Of a stretch of DNA of 64,000 bases, positions 56,967 to 64,000 are shown piece by piece. Both the position numbers and the translations under genes were made by a program. The stretch is from an uncultured Candidatus Rokubacteria bacterium. Lineage in GTDB: Bacteria > Methylomirabilota > Methylomirabilia > Rokubacteriales > CSP1-6. Numbering within the stretch: the stretch's first letter is position 1; every line of letters starts with the position of its first letter. Location of the stretch: assembly GCA_963747235.1 (NCBI GenBank), contig CAVVEU010000008.1, positions 608,001 to 672,000 on the forward strand, written 5' to 3'. Below the pieces are notes generated by a model. It ran no database searches, was not told the DNA's origin, and worked only from the letters and a program-made list of their open reading frames with translations.

Positions 56967-57754
56967 GAAGCGGCCGCGACCTCCTTGAGGGCTTGGAGCA
57001 AGTCGGAATGGATCGGGCCGTTCGAGGCCGCGATGGTGGGCGCCGCCAGGTCGAGCGGGGCCCCGTGCACGGCGGTCACGGTGCCGCCCGCCTCCCGGAT
57101 CAGCAGCGCGCCCGCCGCGATGTCCCAGGCGCCCAGGTGCTGCTCCCAGTAGCCGTCGAGCCGCCCGGCCGCGACCGCGGCGAGCCCGAGCGCGGCGGAG
57201 CCGAGGCTGCGCACGCTGCGGCAGCGCTGGATGAGGGCGGCGTGCTCGGCGAGATTGTTGCGCGGGGCGGCCAGCAGGTCGTTCGGGTAACTCGTGCCGA
57301 GCAGGCTCAGGCCGAGGGTGGGCGTCGCGGAGACGCGCAGGGGCGCGCCGTTCAGCGTGGCGCCGCGGCCGCGCTCGGCCACGAAGCACTCGTCGCGACT
57401 GGGATCGTAGAGGACGCCGACGGCCAGATCGCCGTCCAGCTCGAGCGCGATCGACACGCAGTAGATCGGCAGCCCGTGGGCGTAGTTGGTGGTGCCGTCG
57501 AGCGGGTCCACGATCCAGCGATGCGGCTCGGTCCCGCTCCGCGCGCCGCTCTCCTCGGCGAGGACCGCGTGCCCCGGGAACCGGGCGTGAATGGCGTCGA
57601 GGATGATGGTCTCGGCGCCGCGGTCCATCTCGGTGACGAGATTCGTGGGGCTGCCCTTGTAGCTGATGTCGTGTCGCGCGCCGAAGCCGGATCGGAGGAA
57701 CGCGCCGGCCTGGAGAGCCGCCTCCACGGCGACGTCGCGGAAGGAATCGTTCAC
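56963..57754 (-). CDS. suhB: Inositol monophosphatase family (SuhB)
   Basis: LAEE, WIVDPLDGTTNY, R.LGSAAL and WDIAAG motifs; GTG lies 8 nt after TGgTATCCT. Confidence 0.88.
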   Translation of the reverse strand: MNDSFRDVAVEAALQAGAFLRSGFGARHDISYKGSPTNLVTEMDRGAETIILDAIHARFPGHAVLAEESGARSGTEPHRWIVDPLDGTTNYAHGLPIYCVSIALELDGDLAVGVLYDPSRDECFVAERGRGATLNGAPLRVSATPTLGLSLLGTSYPNDLLAAPRNNLAEHAALIQRCRSVRSLGSAALGLAAVAAGRLDGYWEQHLGAWDIAAGALLIREAGGTVTAVHGAPLDLAAPTIAASNGPIHSDLLQALKEVAAAS

Positions 57755-57780
57755 GGGGATCGAGGATACCACGGCGCCGC

Positions 57781-57809
57781 TTGACAACCCGGCGACCCTC
57801 TCGCAGCAT
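57781..57809 (+). promoter_or_regulatory. Promoter TTGACA-N17-CAGCAT, 7 nt before the panE ATG
   Basis: Consensus -35 at 57781-57786 with 17-nt spacer. Confidence 0.55.
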
Positions 57810-57816
57810 GGCGCCC

Positions 57817-58750
57817 ATGCGCATCGTGGTGATGGGATCGGGCGGGACCGGTGGATTCTTCGGCGCGAAGCTGGCGCGGGCGGGGGAGGACGTGACGTTC
57901 GTGGCGCGTGGCGCGCACCTGGCCGCGCTGCGCGCGAACGGCATGCGGATCAAGTCCGCGGTCGAAGGGGAATGGGTCGTGCGGGCGCCCGCGGTGGAGC
58001 GCCTGGACGGGCTGCCGCCCGCCGACCTCGTGCTGTTCTGCGTGAAGTCCTTCGACACGGAGGAGGCCGCCGCGCTGATCCGGCCCGTGGTGGGTCCCGA
58101 CACCGGTGTGCTCTCGATCCAGAACGGAGTGGACAACGAGGAGAAGCTCGCGCGGGTGCTGGGCGCCGGCCACGTGCTGGGGGGCGCGGTCCGGGTCTTC
58201 GCCACCATCGAGGCGCCGGGCGTCATCACGCACACCTTCGGGGGGCATCTCGCCTTCGGCGAGATGGACGGGCGCGAGACCGCGCGCGCCCAGGCCCTGC
58301 GGGCCGCGTGCCAGAAGGCCTCCATTCCCGGTCGAGCTCGTGGGCGACGTGACCCGCACCCTCTGGGACAAGTACGTGTTCCTGACCACGCACGCCGGGA
58401 TGACCGCGCTGACCCGCTGCTCGGCCGGGGTGCTGCGGGCGGTTCCGGAGGTGCGGGAGGTCTACCGGCGCATCGCGACCGAGATCATCGCGGTCGGACG
58501 GGCCGCCGGGGTGAAGCTCGACGACGCGATGCTGGAGCAGGGGTTCAAGTTCCTCGACACGGTGGCCCCGAACGCGTTCTCGTCGCTCCACTACGACCTG
58601 ACTCACGGCAAGCGGCTCGAGCTGGAGGCCCTCCACGGGCACGTGGTGCGGCTCGCCGAGCGCCACCACGTGCCCGCGCCCACCGTCTTCGCGATCTACG
58701 CGGCGCTGCTCCCGTACCGGGACGGCGCGCCCGCCACTCCCGCGCGGTAG
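57817..58750 (+). CDS. panE: 2-dehydropantoate 2-reductase (apparent frameshift near 58330)
   Basis: GSGGTGG, VKS, QNG, W.K and SSL..D...G.RLE motifs. Confidence 0.85.
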
Positions 58751-58811
58751 CTGCGGCGGTCGCGCCCGCGCCCGGGCTGGCGCCGGCGCGCGGCTGGTCT
58801 ATACTGACTCG

Positions 58812-60581
58812 GTGTCGTCGCTCAGACGTCTCCTGCCGTATCTGGACCGCTACCGGCTCCGCTACCTCGGGGGCGCGGCCTGTCTGCTCCTCGCCACCGC
58901 GTTCTCGCTGAGCATCCCGTGGACGGTGAAGAGCGCGGTGGACGCGCTCGAGCGCGACGGCACCGCCGCCCGCATCGGTCCCTACGTCCTCCTGATCCTG
59001 GCCCTGGCCGTGGCGCACGGCGCCGCGCGCCTGGGCTCACGCTTCGCCATGCTGGGGGCCGGCCAGTGGGTGGAGCACGACATCCGCGCCGATCTGTACG
59101 CGCGGCTCCTCGTGCTGCCGCCCGCGTTCTATCACCGGCATCGGACCGGCGATCTGATGTCGCGCGTGTCCAACGACATCTCCACCCTGCGGGCGCTGGC
59201 GGGCTTCGGCACCGTGATGCTCATCGGCACCACGCTCGCCTTCGGGGGCGCGCTGACCGCCATGTGGCTCATCGACCCGTGGCTCACCCTGTTCGCGATG
59301 GCGCCGTTCCCCGCGCTCGTGATCATCGCCAAGCGCTTTCACCACGACACGGAGGTGCGCTCCACGGCCGTGCAGGAGCAGCTCGGCGCCCTCTCCGCCA
59401 AGGTCCAGGAGAACCTGACCGGCATGCCGGTGGTGCGCGCGTACACGATGGAGGCGCGCGAGGTGGCCGAGTTCGAGCGCCTCAACGCGGAGTACCTCAC
59501 GCGCAACATGGCCCTGGCGCGGATCCAGTCGGTGTCCTGGCCGCTGATGGGGCTGGTGTCGGGCATGGGCGTGCTGATCGTGATGTGGCTCGGCGGCAAG
59601 GCGGTGGTGGACGGCCGCATCTCGCTCGGCTCCTTCGTGGCCTTCAACGGCTATCTCACCCAGCTCGCCTGGCCCACCATCGCGCTGGGCTGGACGCTGG
59701 CGAGCATCCAGCGCGGCCTGGCCGCCATGGCGCGGGTGACCGAGGTGCTCGACGAGCGGGCTATTGAATGCGGGGGCCCAGAAATGGCCCCCGCACTCCC
59801 CCAGTCGGCGGACAACCGGGAACTCCTGCCTCGCGGCGCGGTCGAGTTCAGGAACCTCACGTTCTCCTACGACGGCGACCGGGGTCTCGTGCTGCGCGAT
59901 GTGTCGTTCGCGGTGCCGGCGGGCGCGGTGGTGGCGGTGGTGGGCCCGACGGGCAGCGGCAAGTCCACGCTGGGCATGCTGTTATGTCGTCTCTACGAGC
60001 CGCCGCGCGGCACGGTGTGGGTCGGGGGGCGGGACGTGCTCGACCTCCCGCTGGGCCGCCTCCGGCGGTCGGTGGGCTACGTGCCGCAGGAGTCGTTTCT
60101 CTTCTCCCGCCCGCTGCGCGACAACGTGCGGCTGGCCGACGAGAGCGCGGACGCGGAGCGCCTGGAGGCGGTGGCCCGGACCGCGGGGTTGACGGACGAT
60201 CTGGGCGCGCTGCCGCGCGGCTGGGACACGGTGGTCGGCGAGCGCGGCCTCACCCTCTCGGGCGGCCAGCGGCAGCGGGTGGCGCTGGCACGCGCGCTGG
60301 TGGCGGATCCGCCCTTCCTCGTGCTGGACGACGTGCTGGCCTCGGTGGACGCGGCCAAGGAGTGGGAGATCACCCGCGCGCTCCGGGGAGCGGCCAGCGG
60401 CCGCACCACGCTGCTGATGACCCATCGCCTCAAGGCGGCCGCCGAGGCCGACGCGATCGTGGTGCTCGACGAGGGCCGCGTGGTCGAGCAGGGCCGCCAC
60501 GCCGATCTCCTCGCGGCCGGCGGCCTCTACGCCCGCCTCTGGCGTGTCCAGCAACTGGAGGACGAGCTCGCCAGTGCCTGA
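58812..60581 (+). CDS. ABC exporter subunit 1 (fused TMD-NBD), with a family B repeat in the linker
   Basis: TGDLMSR, GPTGSGKST, LSGGQRQR, non-canonical Walker B VLDD; TATACT 6 nt upstream of GTG. Confidence 0.92.
   Translation: MSSLRRLLPYLDRYRLRYLGGAACLLLATAFSLSIPWTVKSAVDALERDGTAARIGPYVLLILALAVAHGAARLGSRFAMLGAGQWVEHDIRADLYARLLVLPPAFYHRHRTGDLMSRVSNDISTLRALAGFGTVMLIGTTLAFGGALTAMWLIDPWLTLFAMAPFPALVIIAKRFHHDTEVRSTAVQEQLGALSAKVQENLTGMPVVRAYTMEAREVAEFERLNAEYLTRNMALARIQSVSWPLMGLVSGMGVLIVMWLGGKAVVDGRISLGSFVAFNGYLTQLAWPTIALGWTLASIQRGLAAMARVTEVLDERAIECGGPEMAPALPQSADNRELLPRGAVEFRNLTFSYDGDRGLVLRDVSFAVPAGAVVAVVGPTGSGKSTLGMLLCRLYEPPRGTVWVGGRDVLDLPLGRLRRSVGYVPQESFLFSRPLRDNVRLADESADAERLEAVARTAGLTDDLGALPRGWDTVVGERGLTLSGGQRQRVALARALVADPPFLVLDDVLASVDAAKEWEITRALRGAASGRTTLLMTHRLKAAAEADAIVVLDEGRVVEQGRHADLLAAGGLYARLWRVQQLEDELASA
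59769..59819 (+). repeat. Family B repeat in frame (CGGPEMAPALPQSADNR)
   Basis: TGCGGGGGCCCAGAAATGGCCCCCGCACTCCCCCAGTCGGCGGACAACCGG. Confidence 0.92.
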
Positions 60582-62461
60582 GCCAGTGCGTGAGCCCGAG
60601 CAGGAAGACGAGGTTCTCGGCAAGGCGTACGACGCGCGCCTGATGGGCCGCCTGTGGGCGTTCACGCGCCCACACCTCCGGCTCGTGCTGGCGACCTGCG
60701 CCCTCTTCCCGGCGGTGGCCCTGCTGGAGCTGTCGCAGCCCTACCTGATCAAGATCGCGATCGACGATCACATCCTCCGTCGCGACTGGGCGGGCCTCGG
60801 GGGCGTCGCGGCGCTGTTCCTCGTGGTCCTCGTCGTCCTCTACGCGCTGCGGGCGACGCAGGCCTATCTCACCCAGCTCACCGGCCAGCGCGTCATCCAC
60901 GATCTGCGCGCGGCGCTGTTCGCGCATCTCCAGCGCCAGGATGCGCGCTTCTACGACCGGAGCCCGGTCGGGCGGCTCATGACCCGGGTCCTGAACGACG
61001 GCGAGGCGATCCAGGAGCTGTTCACGAGCGGCGCCGTGGCGCTCCTGGGCGACGTCGTCGTCCTCACCGGAGTCGTCGTGATCATGCTCGGAATGAACTG
61101 GAAGCTGGCCCTCGTCACGTTCGCGCTGGTGCCCCTGCTGGTGCTGGCCGCGGCGTACTTCCGGGTGCGCGCGCGGGACAGCTATCGGGTGGTCCGCACC
61201 CGCCTGGCCAGGATGAACGGGTTCCTGCAGGAGTCGCTCCAGGGCATGAGCGTGATCCAGCTCTTCGCGCGCGAGGCCCGGGAGCGGGAGACGTTCGCGC
61301 AGCTCTCCGGCGCGCTGCGCGCCGGCCAGTTCCGCTCGACGTTCTACGACGCTTCCCTCTACGCGACGGTGGAGGCCCTGGGCTCCGCCGCGGTGGCCCT
61401 GCTGCTCTGGTACGGGGGCGGGCAGGTGGTGACCGGGGCGCTCACCTTCGGCGGCCTCGTGGCCTTCCTCGAGTACACCGGCCGCTTTTTCCTCCCCATC
61501 CGGGATCTGGGCGCCAAGTACACGGTCATGCAGGCGGCCATGGTCTCGGCCGAGCGCATCTTCGCCCTGCTCGACACCCACCCCTCCATCACCTCGCCGG
61601 TCGGCGGAAACGGTGGATCGGGCAGGCAGTTGCAGGGCGAGGCGCAGTTGCAGGGCGAGGCGCAGCCGAAGGCGAGCCGAGCGGATACAAGAAAAGAAGC
61701 TCCGGTAGCAACGCCCCCAACCTCCCGCCATAGAATTCCGCAACGTCTGGTTCGCGTACGAAGACGAGCAGTGGGTCCTCCGCGACTGCTCGTTCACGCT
61801 CGCGGCGGGCGAGCGTGTCGCCCTGGTCGGCCCCACCGGCGAGGGCAAGACCACGATCGCCCGCCTCATGATCCGGGCCTACGACGTGACCCGCGGCCGG
61901 GTCCTGGTGGACGGCGTGGACGTGCGCGAGTGGGATCTGAAGACGCTGCGCCGGCACGTGGGCCTGGTGCCGCAGGAGGTGTTCCTCTTCTCCGGCACCG
62001 TCGAGGACAACCTGCGCCTGGCCGGCGACGGCGCGGCGGATCGCCCGACGATCGATCGCGCGCTCGAAGCCGCGAACGCGGAGCGCTTCGTGGCGGCGCT
62101 GCCGCGCGGGCTGGGCGAGGAGCTGCGCGAGCGCGGCGTCAATCTCTCGCAGGGACAGCGCCAGCTGCTGGCCATCGCCCGCGCCATCATCTATAATCCA
62201 CGCGTTCTCGCGCTGGACGAGGCGACGTCCAGCATCGATCCCGAAGCGGAGGCGCAGGTGCGGATCGGTCTCGCGCGGCTGCTGGAGGGACGGACGAGCC
62301 TCGTCATCGCGCATCGGCTGTCCACGATCCAGCGGGCGGATCGCATTCTCGTGCTGCACCGCGGAGAGATCCGGGAGGCGGGCGCGCACGCGGAGCTGCT
62401 CGCGCAGGGCGGGCTCTACTCGCGGCTGTACGAGCTCCAGTTCGGCGTGGGGCGGACATGA
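60574..62461 (+). CDS. ABC exporter subunit 2 (fused TMD-NBD), with a family A repeat in the linker; frameshift between 61709 and 61730
   Basis: GKAYD.RL, PVGRLMTR, GPTGEGKTT, LSQGQRQL, LDEATS and IAHRLST motifs. Confidence 0.88.
61626..61709 (+). repeat. Family A repeat with an internal 18-bp tandem duplication
   Basis: (GCAGTTGCAGGGCGAGGC)x2 followed by GCAGCCGAAGGCGAGCCGAGCGGATACAAGAAAAGAAGCTCCGGTAGC. Confidence 0.92.
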
Positions 62462-62802
62462 AGGCGTTTCACTCGGCGGTATACCGGCTGGTCGGGCGGA
62501 TCCCGAAGGGGCAGGTGGCGACCTACGGGCAGATCGCGGCGCTCCTCGGGTATCCGAGGGCGGCCCGCGCGGTGGGCCAGGCGATGAAGCAGGTGCCCGC
62601 GCATCTGCCGTGGCACCGGGTGGTCAACGCCCAGGGCGGGATCAGCCTCAGGCGCAATGTCGGGAGCATGCTGACGCAGCGGCTCCTGCTCGAGCAGGAA
62701 GGCGTGCCGGTCCGTCGGGGACGGATCCGGCTCCGGCAGCATCGGTGGGCGGGGCCAGGGCGCACCCGCCGGCTGTCCATCGCGGCGCTCGAGCGGCTCT
62801 GA
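62458..62802 (+). CDS. Alkyltransferase-like protein (ATL/YbaZ, MGMT family)
   Basis: IPKGQVATYGQIA, ARAVG and PWHRVVN (Trp in place of the catalytic Cys). Confidence 0.88.
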   Translation: MKAFHSAVYRLVGRIPKGQVATYGQIAALLGYPRAARAVGQAMKQVPAHLPWHRVVNAQGGISLRRNVGSMLTQRLLLEQEGVPVRRGRIRLRQHRWAGPGRTRRLSIAALERL

Positions 62803-62814
62803 TCGGAGGGCACC

Positions 62815-63843
62815 ATGCGGCTCGGACTGAATATCGGCTACTCGCGCTCGCAGCTCGGCATCGACCTGTCGCTGGTCCAGCACGCGGACCGGCTGGGCTT
62901 CCACTCGGTGTGGTCGGCCGAAGCCTATGGCTCGGACGCGGTCTCGCCGCTCTGCTGGATCGCGGCCCAGACCTCGCGCATCAAGGTCGGCACCGCGATC
63001 ATGCAGATCCCGGCCCGCACCCCGACGCTCACCGCCACCACCGCGATGACGATCGACCAGCTCTCGGGCGGCCGCTTCATTCTCGGCCTGGGCGTGTCGG
63101 GCCCCCAGGTCGTCGAAGGCTGGCACGGCGTGGCCTTCGGCAAGCCGCTGGCCAAGACGCGTGAGTACGTGGATATCGTCAGGATGGTGTGGCGGCGCGA
63201 GCGCCCGGTCGAGCACAAGGGCGAGTACTACCAGATCCCGTACGCGGGGCCCGACGCGACCGGGCTCGGCAAGCCGCTCAAGTCCATCCTGCACGGCCGC
63301 GCCGACATCCCGATCTACCTCGCCGCGATCGGTCCGAGGAACGTGGCGCTCGCCGCCGAGATCGCCGACGGGCTCCTGCCCGTGTTCTTCTCGCCGGAGC
63401 GGATGGCGGTGTTCACCCCGAGCCTCGAGGCCGGCTTCAAGGCGGCGGGCGGCGGGAAGTCGCTCGCGAGCTTCGACATCGCGCCGACCGTGCCGATCGT
63501 GCTGGGCCCGGACGCGGCCGCCTGCCGCGCGATGGTGAAGCCGCGCCTGGCGCTCTACGTGGGCGGCATGGGCGCCCGGGGCAAGAACTTCTACAACGAG
63601 CTGGTGACGCGGTACGGCTACGAGGCGGACGCCAAGCGCATCCAGGATCTCTACCTGGGCGGCAAGAAGGACGAGGCGGCGGCCGCGGTGCCCGACGCGC
63701 TCGTGGACGAGGTCGCGCTCTGCGGGCCCAAGGAGCGGATCCGGGAGCGGCTGCCGCGCTGGAAGAGCTCCGGCATCACCACGCTGATCTGCGGCGCGGT
63801 GCAGGCGGAAGCGCTCGAGCTGATGGCCGAGCTGGTGCTCTAG
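62815..63843 (+). CDS. LLM class F420-dependent oxidoreductase
   Basis: [34 protein letters not shown] and YVGGMGA motifs. Confidence 0.88.
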   Translation: MRLGLNIGYSRSQLGIDLSLVQHADRLGFHSVWSAEAYGSDAVSPLCWIAAQTSRIKVGTAIMQIPARTPTLTATTAMTIDQLSGGRFILGLGVSGPQVVEGWHGVAFGKPLAKTREYVDIVRMVWRRERPVEHKGEYYQIPYAGPDATGLGKPLKSILHGRADIPIYLAAIGPRNVALAAEIADGLLPVFFSPERMAVFTPSLEAGFKAAGGGKSLASFDIAPTVPIVLGPDAAACRAMVKPRLALYVGGMGARGKNFYNELVTRYGYEADAKRIQDLYLGGKKDEAAAAVPDALVDEVALCGPKERIRERLPRWKSSGITTLICGAVQAEALELMAELVL

Positions 63844-63846
63844 GCG

Positions 63847-64000
63847 GTGAAGCCGGCGGTCCAGAAGGTGCAGGCGGCGATCGCCGAGCACGGCCTCGAT
63901 CGGCAGGTGATCGAGCTGGAGGTCCACGCGCGGACCTCGCAGCAGGCCGCCGACGCGCTGGGCGTCACCGTCGGCCAGATCGTGAAGTCGCTCGTCTTCA
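63847..64000 (+). CDS. YbaK/EbsC family aminoacyl-tRNA deacylase (partial; runs off the window)
   Basis: Manual translation: VKPAVQKV...ARTSQQAADALGVTVGQIVKSLVF. Confidence 0.8.
   Translation, partial: MKPAVQKVQAAIAEHGLDRQVIELEVHARTSQQAADALGVTVGQIVKSLVF

Noticed and set aside
58246-58266. Perfect hairpin CATCTCGCC-TTC-GGCGAGATG in panE resembling family A
   Set aside because: It encodes ordinary HLAFGEM with preferred codons, and similarity to the repeat is only about 12 nt.

Overview
High-GC bacterial chromosomal window, densely packed with housekeeping and metabolic genes. Gene content and style suggest a Rokubacteria/Methylomirabilota-like soil organism, which is inference only. In order: the tail of an alternative complex III (actB-C-D-E-F) cluster, moeA, a YeeE transporter, cpoB, dprA-topA-xerC-hslVU-argBDFG-comB-pgsA-plsY-gpsA-galT, tRNA-Gly/Cys/Leu, a B12 radical SAM-Rieske-moaA-chlorite dismutase-like group, gltBD with a divergent LysR, korAB, glcDEF-cupin-lutABC-DUF2203-HAD, trxB, mscL, nadX, rmuC, an M20 peptidase, a MEMO-family gene, panE, a heterodimeric ABC exporter, an LLM oxidoreductase and a partial YbaK. 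About 13 genes carry single-base frameshifts, most likely long-read indel errors. I saw no transposase, phage gene or CRISPR array. The most unusual signal is two families of short hairpin repeats: family A (core GGCGAGGCGCAGCCGAAGGCGAGCCGAGCGGATA, 6 copies) and family B (core GCGGGGGCCCA-GAAATGGCCCCCGCACTCCCCCAG, 3 copies). They sit in frame inside protein linkers (DprA, MEMO, both ABC subunits), supply start or stop codons, form a translationally coupled tandem, bracket a small lipoprotein gene in inverted orientation, and are often flanked by AT-shifted codons. Also notable are a ~190-nt element with 35-bp inverted arms and many candidate leaderless promoters.
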